The notes beneath the pieces were generated by a model that did not search any database, was not told the origin of the DNA, and saw only the letters and a program-made list of their open reading frames with translations. Below are positions 45,018 through 53,264 of a DNA stretch of 64,000 bases, piece after piece. Source of the stretch: Candidatus Methylacidiphilales bacterium (GTDB lineage: Bacteria; Verrucomicrobiota; Verrucomicrobiia; Methylacidiphilales; JAAUTS01); NCBI GenBank assembly GCA_028713655.1, contig JAQTNW010000006.1, forward strand, positions 37,544 through 101,543, given 5' to 3'. Made by a program: the position numbers and the translations under genes. The first letter of the stretch is position 1, and the number at the start of each line of letters is the position of its first letter.

Positions 45018-46171
45018 GCGATCCCCGCCTGTTCCAACAAATCCTGGCAAACAACGCGCGCGTCGAGAAATTTTTCCGCAAAGGCGCGGGCTGCGCGGCG
45101 GTGCCCGGTGTAGTCCCGGTTGATCCGGGCCAGACCCTCAACGCAGTCTTCCATTGTCGTGAACGGCAGCAAGCCCATGCCGTGTGGCAGGTGATTGCCC
45201 CAGCCGGTGTCCTGCACTACGGCAGGGCGTCCAAGCGCGAGGTAGCAGGCCGTCCGGCAACTGAACCAGCCGGTGTGGCCCGCAACATAGCCGTGCTTGG
45301 CAATGCTCCATTCGCCGCGTGAATTTTTTAAAAAATCGCGGTAGGTGATATGGTCCGGAAGCGCCTGGTCGGGTTCGAGAATGGTCCAGCCGATGGATTC
45401 CAGTTCCGCGGTGGGCCGTTTCTTTCCGATTCCCTGACCCATTGCAATCACCAACTTCTGCGGGGTGCGGCGCGGCAACTCCCTGAAGCGGTTGAATTCC
45501 AAATCCTTCTGGCCGTATTCCTTCCCCTCCCAAAGCTTGGGTTTGTAACTGCACCAGTTCATGACGGTGGTGAAAGGTTCCACCGTGTCGTCCTCCGCAT
45601 AGGGCCAGTATTCGAGCGCGACGGGCTGGAGCGTCTTTTTCCATTGAATTCCCGTTTCCGGCGCCAGACAGCCGGGGCCGTTCAGGTTGAGTCCGAAACT
45701 GAAATGGCTGTCATGCGCCTTCAGCCGCGCGGTGTAACTCGTCTTCTCCGGGTCCAGCAGCCCGATCTGGGTGAACATGGGGTCGCCGTCGAGGAACATT
45801 TGATGTTTGATGCCAACCTCATAGTCCTCGAACCAACTGGCGGTGGAAACATTGACCAGCAGGTCTCCGTGCTTCAACAGGTCGCGCGCCGCAGTTTCGC
45901 CCGCGCCGTAAAATTTTCCATCAGCAGCATTTCGGTAGATCCAACGGTCGCCCAAATCAAACCAGGCCATGATGCGGGCCAGCGCCTCGACCTGGTAACT
46001 GCAATCGTCCGTGATGGTTTCCTTGATGGGGTCATACGGCCAGACTCCGGTGTCTTCCAGGTAATACACCTCATGCCCGAGCGCCTGGAAGCCGAGGATG
46101 TATTGGACATAATCCCAGATCACGCCGCCGAATGGATACTGGCCGACCAGCCCGGTGACAACAATGCGCAT
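45014..46171 (-). CDS. CgeB-like glycosyltransferase (Glyco_trans_1_2-type C-terminal domain)
   Basis: MRIVVTGLVGQYPFGGVIWDYVQYILGFQALGHEVYYLEDTG. The C-terminal RTACYLALGRPAVVQDTGW...LLPFTTMEDCVEGLARINRDY..HRRAARAFAEKF is typical of this family from memory. Confidence 0.45.
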   Translation of the reverse strand: MRIVVTGLVGQYPFGGVIWDYVQYILGFQALGHEVYYLEDTGVWPYDPIKETITDDCSYQVEALARIMAWFDLGDRWIYRNAADGKFYGAGETAARDLLKHGDLLVNVSTASWFEDYEVGIKHQMFLDGDPMFTQIGLLDPEKTSYTARLKAHDSHFSFGLNLNGPGCLAPETGIQWKKTLQPVALEYWPYAEDDTVEPFTTVMNWCSYKPKLWEGKEYGQKDLEFNRFRELPRRTPQKLVIAMGQGIGKKRPTAELESIGWTILEPDQALPDHITYRDFLKNSRGEWSIAKHGYVAGHTGWFSCRTACYLALGRPAVVQDTGWGNHLPHGMGLLPFTTMEDCVEGLARINRDYTGHRRAARAFAEKFLDARVVCQDLLEQAGIA

Positions 46172-46212
46172 ACCCCGTTATAGGTGGCCGTCCGCAGCCC
46201 GCGATGCCAAAA

Positions 46213-46932
46213 TTATTTTGGGCGGCCTGCAGAATCGATGTCCAGGCGATAGCCGACCCCATGTACGGTTTTTAAATGCCTGGGGTTGGCGGGGTCTGAC
46301 TCGATTTTTTGGCGGATTTTGACAATCACCTGATCCAGCGTCCGAGTGCTGCCGTAATATTCCAGCCCCCAGACCTTGTTGAGGATTTCGTCGCGCGACA
46401 CGACTTCGCCCGCGCGGGAATAAAGCAGTGCCAAGACCTTCAGTTCGCGCGGGGAAATCTCAATTTTGGATTTTCCGCAGGTGCCGCGCAGGCTGGAGGT
46501 TTGAATGGAAACCTGGCCGAACCGGATTTCCTTTGGGACTTCAGGGCTGTTGTTGTCGGAGGGAGATTCGGAACGGCGGAGCAGCGCGTGGATGCGCGCC
46601 AGAAGTTCGCGAATGCCAAAGGGCTTGGTTACATAATCGTCGGCGCCCAGTTCCAGCCCGACCACCTTGTCCACTTCCTGTCCCTTGGCCGTCAGCATCA
46701 GGATGGGGAAGGCGTATTTGGAAGCGCGGATTTCCCTGCAAAGATCAAACCCGCTTTTTCCCGGCAGCATGATATCGAGGATGACCAGGCCGGGCTGCGT
46801 TTGCTTCAGAAACGGCATCACCTCTCCGCCGTGCGAAATTTCCGAGACCTTGTATCCCTCGCCCGTCAACGCATCCGCCAGTCCGAGACGGATGTGCGGG
46901 TCATCTTCAACAATTAAAATATGGTTTTTCAT
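46213..46932 (-). CDS. OmpR-family response regulator
   Basis: Receiver domain (ILIVEDD...VILDIMLPGKSGF...LTAKG) plus a winged-helix output (RTLDQVIVKIRQKIE...HLKTVHGVGYRL). Confidence 0.9.
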   Translation of the reverse strand: MKNHILIVEDDPHIRLGLADALTGEGYKVSEISHGGEVMPFLKQTQPGLVILDIMLPGKSGFDLCREIRASKYAFPILMLTAKGQEVDKVVGLELGADDYVTKPFGIRELLARIHALLRRSESPSDNNSPEVPKEIRFGQVSIQTSSLRGTCGKSKIEISPRELKVLALLYSRAGEVVSRDEILNKVWGLEYYGSTRTLDQVIVKIRQKIESDPANPRHLKTVHGVGYRLDIDSAGRPK

Positions 46933-46942
46933 GGAAGTAACG

Positions 46943-47075
46943 AAACCCCCTTTTCTTCCCCCTTATCAGGGGGATGGTTATGGGGAGAGGCGCTCTTTTC
47001 GTCTCTCACTCGGAATGGGTGACCTAATGCCATCTTTCCAGCATCCCCCTGATAAGGGGGAAGAAAAGGAGGTTT
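46943..47075. repeat. 133-bp palindromic element: two inverted about 35-nt arms (aaaccccc ttttcttc ccccttatcaggggg atgg) around an about 64-nt centre
   Basis: Arms are at 46943..46977 and 47042..47075, and by hand they differ at 2 positions. The element fills most of the 157-bp gap between the kinase stop and the regulator start. Confidence 0.85.
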
Positions 47076-47089
47076 GTGCTTTGCCAGCT

Positions 47090-49297
47090 TCATACTAACG
47101 GATGTTCCTGACTTTTTTCTAGAGGCAGGGCAAACGTGAAAATGCTCCCGCCCCCGTTTCTTGCTTGGTAGGTGATGGTCCCGCCGTGGTCTTCCGCGAT
47201 GCGTTTTGCCAGGGTCAATCCCAGACCCGATCCCTGGATGCCGCTGGAAAGCGAATCGTGGGCGCGGTAAAAGTGCTCGAAAATTTTCTGTTCTTCACCC
47301 TTGGGCACTCCAAGCCCCCGGTCCAGCACCGAAGCCTCCAGCCGCTCGTTGCTGATGCTGGTGTGGAGTTCGATTTCCTTCCGTTCCGGGGAATATTTCT
47401 CGGCATTGGAAAGCAGATTGACCAGCACCTGCGCCAGCGCGTCTTCGTCGCCATAAACCGGATAGGGTGGAGGGGCGGCGTGCCAGACCGTGTTAAACCC
47501 CAGATTTTGCAAATGCAGCTCATGGCTTTCCCAGACGCGTTGAATCACGGGATACAGATCCAGCGATTTGCGGCTGTAACGCTTTTGGTTCCTGTCCATC
47601 CGCGCAAAATCCAGAACGTTGTTGATCAAGCGGCTGAGGCGTTCGGCCTCCAGCGTGATGATCTGGAGGTAATGCGCGGTTTTCTCGCTGTCGAGAACCC
47701 GCCCCTGCTGCAGCAATTCGGCGAACATGCGGATGGAAGTCAGCGGTGTTTTGAGTTCGTGTGAAACGTTGGAAACGAAATCAGTCTTCTTTTGCGCAAG
47801 CGCGAGTTGGCGCCGTGTGTCCGCCCAAATGAGATAAGCGCCAAAGGCAATCGCGCCGAGCGAGAAAGCGGAGAGGGCCATCAGGCTGCGGCTGACAAGG
47901 GTTGCCGAGCGCGACAGGCGTTGCGCATCCACCGGGTAAATGGCCGCCTCCCAGTGAGGCAGCACTTCGCCGACTTCGGCGGCAACAAAGGGGCTTTTCC
48001 AACGGGTTTTGAAGCCCGGCACAGACTGCAGGATCGGGCGCGCATGATCGTCGAGGATGGCCAGGCAAAAGGCGGGTTGTTTGGAAGATTCCGGTTCGCC
48101 CATGCCTGTGCGGATCAGGTCCTTGAGGTCTTCGGGTTTAAGACGCGCGGCGAAAACCAGATCGGGATGAGAAGCGGGGCGCATCCAGAAAAAGATTTCC
48201 AGTTCGTCCTGAACATAGCGCGCGAGGATGCCTTGATAATCCTGCCGCACAATCTGGGCAAAACGGCTGGTGGCGACATTAAGCTGCGAAACCGGATTGC
48301 TCATCGGTTCAGCAGCTTTGAGTTTCTGGGGCATGACACTTCTTAGTCTGGAGTTGAAAACTGCCGATTGGTCGGCCTGTTTTAACATGGCATCAGCACC
48401 GTTCTGATTTGCGGCTAGAGATTGGTTTTTGTCATTCACTTCCAGTTTACCCGCAGCTTCCGACATGAGGCTGGCTGCGGCCTGGTTTTCTCTTCGTGAT
48501 TTGCTTTCTTCTTCCGGCTTGTTGGCTGCGGTATCTGACTTAAAACTGGCTCCGCCCTGGGACTGGGCTGCTGTGGCCGTCGTGGAATCGGGTGGCGCCT
48601 GGGGCGCGGGAGCCAAGGCCGGTTGCTGGGCAGTGGCGGGCGATTCACCATTTTGTTCAGGTGTACTGGAGATGGAGTTCTTATTGAGGGCGCGTTGTAG
48701 ATCCTGGGTGACTTTGGCGGCGGTTGTTTGAACCTTGTCGAGAGCAGCAAGAGAATCGGACGAGTATTGTTTCTTTCTGTCCTCCGCTTGATATCGACTG
48801 GAGGAATCAACTAATTCATTCGCGGCAAAATTCTGGGCTTGATAGACCTGCGCGGTGATTTCGTTGCCCAGAAACGCGCTGTTGTCGCGGAGGAACCGGG
48901 CGGATTCGGCGTCGCGTTGTTTGGACTGCATTGAGGAAGGGGAGAGAATGGCACCGCCGGTTGTCACCGCAAAACCGAGCGCCGGACGCTTCCAGTTCTT
49001 GCGGAGTTCCTCGGTAAAATCCCGGGCCAGAACATCCGCAGATGTTCCTCCCTGTTGCATTGTGCCTTTCGCGGATTCGGCCAGCATGCGATTCGTCAGA
49101 TCGACAAAGCTTTGCTGTTCCCGTGAAATGGCGAGAGTGATTTGCTGGGCAACCAGATCCACTTCCTTCTGGCGCAACTCGGTTTCCTGCTGTTCCAGGA
49201 GGATGCGTTGTTGTCCTGCCGTGCGGACGGCCAGGACACCCAAAACCAGCGCCGGAAGAAAGATCGCGAGCAGGAAAATGGCGGCTGTTTTTTTCAC
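47090..49297 (-). CDS. sensor histidine kinase with a large periplasmic/low-complexity region
   Basis: GTG start. TM1, an about 430-aa periplasmic region with a Q/A/S/T-rich stretch, then TM2. H-box VSHELKTPLTSI, N box LLSNAEKYS and G boxes DRGLGV / GSGLGL are present. Confidence 0.85.
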   Translation of the reverse strand: MKKTAAIFLLAIFLPALVLGVLAVRTAGQQRILLEQQETELRQKEVDLVAQQITLAISREQQSFVDLTNRMLAESAKGTMQQGGTSADVLARDFTEELRKNWKRPALGFAVTTGGAILSPSSMQSKQRDAESARFLRDNSAFLGNEITAQVYQAQNFAANELVDSSSRYQAEDRKKQYSSDSLAALDKVQTTAAKVTQDLQRALNKNSISSTPEQNGESPATAQQPALAPAPQAPPDSTTATAAQSQGGASFKSDTAANKPEEESKSRRENQAAASLMSEAAGKLEVNDKNQSLAANQNGADAMLKQADQSAVFNSRLRSVMPQKLKAAEPMSNPVSQLNVATSRFAQIVRQDYQGILARYVQDELEIFFWMRPASHPDLVFAARLKPEDLKDLIRTGMGEPESSKQPAFCLAILDDHARPILQSVPGFKTRWKSPFVAAEVGEVLPHWEAAIYPVDAQRLSRSATLVSRSLMALSAFSLGAIAFGAYLIWADTRRQLALAQKKTDFVSNVSHELKTPLTSIRMFAELLQQGRVLDSEKTAHYLQIITLEAERLSRLINNVLDFARMDRNQKRYSRKSLDLYPVIQRVWESHELHLQNLGFNTVWHAAPPPYPVYGDEDALAQVLVNLLSNAEKYSPERKEIELHTSISNERLEASVLDRGLGVPKGEEQKIFEHFYRAHDSLSSGIQGSGLGLTLAKRIAEDHGGTITYQARNGGGSIFTFALPLEKSQEHPLV

Positions 49298-49420
49298 GGT
49301 TGTGTCCCGGGAGATGGCGACCCATGCGACGCGCCTCGTGACGCGTTATCACGAGAACCCAAACCTTTCAAAAAGGCTGTTTTGAGCGGGAATGAACGGA
49401 AGCGAAGACCACTGATTTTA

Positions 49421-49575
49421 ACCATGTAGATCATGAAGTTCATGGGGAGCACATTTTAGACAGGATTTACAGGATTATCAGGATGAGGAATACGAAACTC
49501 TATTTTCTGCGATTTTATCCTGTACATCCTGTCATCCTGTCTAAAAACCTTCATGCTCTCAATACGCTTCATGGT
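49421..49575. repeat. about 155-bp imperfect palindrome built from word-like motifs (ttttagacaggat...atcctgtctaaaa)
   Basis: The inner arms 49454..49488 and 49515..49546 are reverse complements with a few mismatches. The outer arms are accatg...ttcatgg and ccttcatg...cttcatggt. Confidence 0.7.
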
Positions 49576-49634
49576 AAAAATAATTTTCTTATAACATTCC
49601 GGGGCCGGACTGTTTCCGGCCCCGGAGGGAATGA

Positions 49635-50957
49635 TTACGGCTTCTGGTTTTTTTGGCGATAGTTTTCAAACTGAAATGATTTACGGTCTGTGCTGTCAAA
49701 AGTGCCGTTCTGCTCCAGTTTGTCCGCAGCTCCTGTGAGCGAGGAAGTTGCCGCGCTAAGTTCGGGACTTTGTGCTGGAGCAGGAAGGGACTTGTTCACG
49801 GCCGCCTGGTTTCGGAGCAGGTCTGACGCGTCCTTGGCTTTTCCCGCATCCGCCAGTGCCAGCGCCTGCTCGCGGGTTTCAGCATTCCGGCTTAGGGCCG
49901 CTTCCTTCAGAACCTCGGCGTTCAGACTTTTGTCCGAGGCTTCGCGCTTGTCGGTTAGTTGAACCGACGCCTTCTGCCGAACATTCTGTACTTCCTTGAA
50001 GTCGGGGTCCTGGAAGTTGATTTGTACATCAGCCAGTTGTTGGGTGTCGCGGGACGGCTTGTCGAGGCGGCAGCGGATGAGAAAACTGCGTTGCTGCGCG
50101 CTGTAGAGCTCTGAGAGCGGAATTTCAGCCCGGCGATTCTCGAAACTGATTTCCGGATGGCCAATGATCGAGATGGGAGTCACGCCGTCGGGCAGTTCGA
50201 TGATGATCCGGATGTTGCGCGCCACGATGTTTTTGATGCAGCCGAGTTCCTCGGCAAAAATACCCGGCAGCTTTTCGCTGTCCTGCACATAATAATAATT
50301 GGCGTGGCTGGCTTCCGCCAGGGCGACCATCAGATTTTCATTATAATCATCGCCCAGTCCAATCGTGGTGACCTGGATGCCGTCTTCGTGGAGGGAGCGG
50401 CCCAACTCCGCCAGGCTGGCGGGAGAACTGGGTCCGACGTTGGCCAAGCCGTCCGACATCAGAATGACGCGGTTGACTTGATCGTCGGAAAGGAATTTCC
50501 TCAACTGGCTCGCTCCGGCTTGGACGCCGGCATAGAGGGCCGTGCTGCCGCCGGGACTGATTCTCCGGACGATCCGTTTGAGTGCTTCCGGATTTCTGAC
50601 TTTTTGCGGGGGAATGAGCACCTCCACGCTGTCGTCAAAGATGACAAGCGAAAAGATGTCGTCGGCTGAAAGCTGGCTGATCGCGACACAGGCCGCCTGC
50701 CGGGCTTTTTCGATCTTGGCGCCTTCCATGGAACCGGAATGGTCGAGGACGAGCGCGAGGTTGATGGGCATGCGGCGTTCCGTTCGAGAGGAGCGGGCGT
50801 GGAGATCCACTTTCAAGACCACTTCGCCGCCCGGTTCCTTGAAAACCAGATTGCGGTCCGGAATGAGTTTGAGGGTTACGGATTCGGAGGGTTTCCCCTG
50901 AGCACAGGAAGCCAGGCTGAGGGCCGACAGGAGGAGCAAACACAAGGCTGTTTTCAT
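49635..50957 (-). CDS. vWA-domain lipoprotein
   Basis: Lipobox LSLASCAQ from the ATG at 50957. MIDAS LALVLDHSGSM...GGSTAL...ILMSDGLAN. The C-terminal about 180 aa are uncharacterised. Confidence 0.8.
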   Translation of the reverse strand: MKTALCLLLLSALSLASCAQGKPSESVTLKLIPDRNLVFKEPGGEVVLKVDLHARSSRTERRMPINLALVLDHSGSMEGAKIEKARQAACVAISQLSADDIFSLVIFDDSVEVLIPPQKVRNPEALKRIVRRISPGGSTALYAGVQAGASQLRKFLSDDQVNRVILMSDGLANVGPSSPASLAELGRSLHEDGIQVTTIGLGDDYNENLMVALAEASHANYYYVQDSEKLPGIFAEELGCIKNIVARNIRIIIELPDGVTPISIIGHPEISFENRRAEIPLSELYSAQQRSFLIRCRLDKPSRDTQQLADVQINFQDPDFKEVQNVRQKASVQLTDKREASDKSLNAEVLKEAALSRNAETREQALALADAGKAKDASDLLRNQAAVNKSLPAPAQSPELSAATSSLTGAADKLEQNGTFDSTDRKSFQFENYRQKNQKP

Positions 50958-51172
50958 GGGGCCAGTGTGGCGGAAAGCGGGGGCCGGGTTGTCAGAGGAA
51001 AATGAAAGTATTGTAAAAAAATTGTAAAAAAGCGATGGGAACAAAAACCGTTTTAACCACGGATAAACACGGATGGAAACCATTTGAACCACGAACTTCA
51101 CGAAAAGCACGAAAGGAGGACAACACTATTTTATCCGCTGATAAACGCAGATATTGGGAGGCTTCAAACTAA

Positions 51173-51207
51173 CCATCCCCCTGACAAGGGGGAAGAAAAG
51201 GGGGTTT
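51173..51207 (-). repeat. cccccttgtcaggggg-motif repeat (long form), inverted copy left of AT-rich island 2
   Basis: The plus strand reads ccatccccctgacaagggggaagaaaagggggttt. Its reverse complement matches 53015..53050 apart from one T indel. Confidence 0.85.
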
Positions 51208-51266
51208 GTTGGCCGCGAAGATTTGGAAGATAACAGGCTTGAAACTTACAAAATCTGCCGCCAGAA

Positions 51267-51578
51267 ATGAAGACTATTTTGCGCTACTTCATAGGAACAC
51301 TTTTTATTATTCCGGGAGCATGGCTTTTAATTTTCGATCTCGAGCATTTATGGAAGCTTTATTCTCCGTTTTATACCGAGTTATATTCGTTCGGCGTCAA
51401 CCTTCAGTATGGTAAATTGAGGATAGGGGATCCGTGGTCAGACATATATCTCCTCTTATGCGGAGTTTTACTGGTGTGTGCCGGCTGTGCCATTATCAAA
51501 AATTGGAAGAAGAAAATTCATTTGGCTGTCGCAGCTGCCTGCGTTACTGCCTTTTTTGTTTTCGGATTCCTCTCGTAA
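51267..51578 (+). CDS. small three-TM membrane protein (AT-rich island 2)
   Basis: 103 aa, hydrophobic (FIGTLFIIPGAWLLIF; IYLLLCGVLLVCAGCAII; LAVAAACVTAFFVFGFL), in low-GC context. Confidence 0.5.
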   Translation: MKTILRYFIGTLFIIPGAWLLIFDLEHLWKLYSPFYTELYSFGVNLQYGKLRIGDPWSDIYLLLCGVLLVCAGCAIIKNWKKKIHLAVAAACVTAFFVFGFLS

Positions 51579-51618
51579 ATCAGAAATGGCTTAGAGAACA
51601 GAAGCGTAGAGACTTAAA

Positions 51619-52707
51619 ATGAAACATTCAAAGTTCCATGTTTTTGCCCTAGGCGCTTTAATCTTGTTGGCGGCCATGGTTTTGTTCCGGGCTTCTGTTC
51701 TCGGTCCTAATGAAATCGTTGGCAACTACATATCACCAGATTGCGATGATAAAAGGGGTCCATTTAAAATGTGGTTTTCACTAGATGAAGATGGAACCGG
51801 AGAGTTTTGGCTTGAGGCAACAATGCAGCTTTGGGTGAGTGGATCCACCGAGATACGTTGGAAGATAACAGATTGGAATAAAATTTTGATTGCTTATCCG
51901 GGCGGGGTGACGGCCAAATATATCTACAGCGGTGATTTTCTGGAAGCCGTGCAACCTCTGCAACGTGTCAATGGTTATCCCTGTAAAGTGCTTACTAGAA
52001 TATCGCCGTACAGCATAACATCGCCGCGCAGGCGCTGGGTCATTCACCCTCGCATTCTGGAAAAGGAGGTAGGGCTTGCTGCCAGGGATGCCAAGTCCCT
52101 GAAGGCGCCAATTAAAGCCAAGCTTATCGAAAAACTTTTGGATAATACCATACTGGAGGAAGTTCCCTACAAAGATATTACGGTTTCCCAATGTTTTGAG
52201 CATCTGCATGAAATGGCGTGCAAAAAGGACCCAGCTTTCAAAAATATTTTGTTCCGGGTCTATGATGAAACGTGTTTCCCCGATTTCCCTGTAAAAAATG
52301 GGGTTTTACTGTCCCAAACGAAAGTAAATCAGGATCTATATAAAAATCTGAAAAATATTTCGCTGTCTTCTGTTCTTGGTTATCTGGGCAATATAGAAAT
52401 AGACACACATGTTACAATTGAGGACGGTGTGGTTGGAATTATGCCTTCGAATGCATCGCTAAAGTCTTTCCAGAAAACTGCCGTTCCTGATGTCCCTCTG
52501 TCAATTTTTGCCAATAGGACACGACGCATAAGCGCTGAAACGTCTTTGTTGGATGTTTCGGAATATTTTGTGATTCGCGGCGTCAAATTTTGGTATTCAT
52601 CAAGCGCCGTGTATGATCCCAAAACTTCCACGCTCACGCTGCATATGTCCGAGGATAATATGAACCTTGCGCTTATTTTGCTGAATGATGATTTGGCTGA
52701 AAAATGA
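51619..52707 (+). CDS. membrane-anchored hypothetical protein (AT-rich island 2)
   Basis: N-terminal anchor FHVFALGALILLAAMVLF. The C-terminal half carries a pattern I associate with secretin-N-like modules of Verrucomicrobia (LDNTILEEVPYKDITVSQCFEHL... and FVIRGVKFWYSSSAVYDPKTSTLTLHMSEDNMNLALILL). Confidence 0.55.
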   Translation: MKHSKFHVFALGALILLAAMVLFRASVLGPNEIVGNYISPDCDDKRGPFKMWFSLDEDGTGEFWLEATMQLWVSGSTEIRWKITDWNKILIAYPGGVTAKYIYSGDFLEAVQPLQRVNGYPCKVLTRISPYSITSPRRRWVIHPRILEKEVGLAARDAKSLKAPIKAKLIEKLLDNTILEEVPYKDITVSQCFEHLHEMACKKDPAFKNILFRVYDETCFPDFPVKNGVLLSQTKVNQDLYKNLKNISLSSVLGYLGNIEIDTHVTIEDGVVGIMPSNASLKSFQKTAVPDVPLSIFANRTRRISAETSLLDVSEYFVIRGVKFWYSSSAVYDPKTSTLTLHMSEDNMNLALILLNDDLAEK

Positions 52708-53014
52708 TCGCGGAATGCGTCTCATCTGGGTAAATCAGCGTTTATCTGCTCCTTCGCGTCTCTGCGCGAGGCCCTGTGTTAGGGCGCCCTTTCAGGGCTT
52801 GGATTATATTCTCACATTGTGATTCCTGGGGTTTCACCCCAGGCTGGTATGGGGATACGCGCCTTCAGCGCTCAGGGAATCCGAACATCCGCCGTTCCAT
52901 TCAAGCTTTAAGCCTCTACCCTTCCATCTGCGTTTATCCGTGTGCATCCGTGGTTCAATTCAAGCTTTAAGCCTTCGTCTTTAGTTTTGCGCATTTCGTG
53001 TGTTTTGCGGGCAA

Positions 53015-53050
53015 AACAACCCCCTTTCTTCCCCCTTGTCAGGGGGATGG
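53015..53050 (+). repeat. cccccttgtcaggggg-motif repeat (long form), right of AT-rich island 2
   Basis: aacaaccccctttcttcccccttgtcagggggatgg. See 51173..51207. Confidence 0.85.
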
Positions 53051-53110
53051 ATGCAGCTTGTCCCAACCACCAAAAATGCCTTTTATTTTTCTCCGTGTCT
53101 TTGCTCACCA

Positions 53111-53171
53111 CGGCGAGTCCGTCCTTTGGCGGACGTGCGCCGCAGGCGCATTGCGCCTTGGCGTTAAAGTC
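53111..53171 (+). repeat. about 60-nt repeat upstream of mutS
   Basis: It contains a 33-nt core, tccgtcctttggcggacgtgcgccgcaggcgca, identical to the reverse complement of part of 55806..55866. A related partial copy is at 14672..14710. Confidence 0.85.
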
Positions 53172-53264
53172 TCTGTTCTCTTGGGGTTAAAATGGGTTTG
53201 ATTCCACGGCAACTTGCTTCAATCTCATCGGCTAAGCCGTACGTTTTCAGAGGCGCCTTTTATC

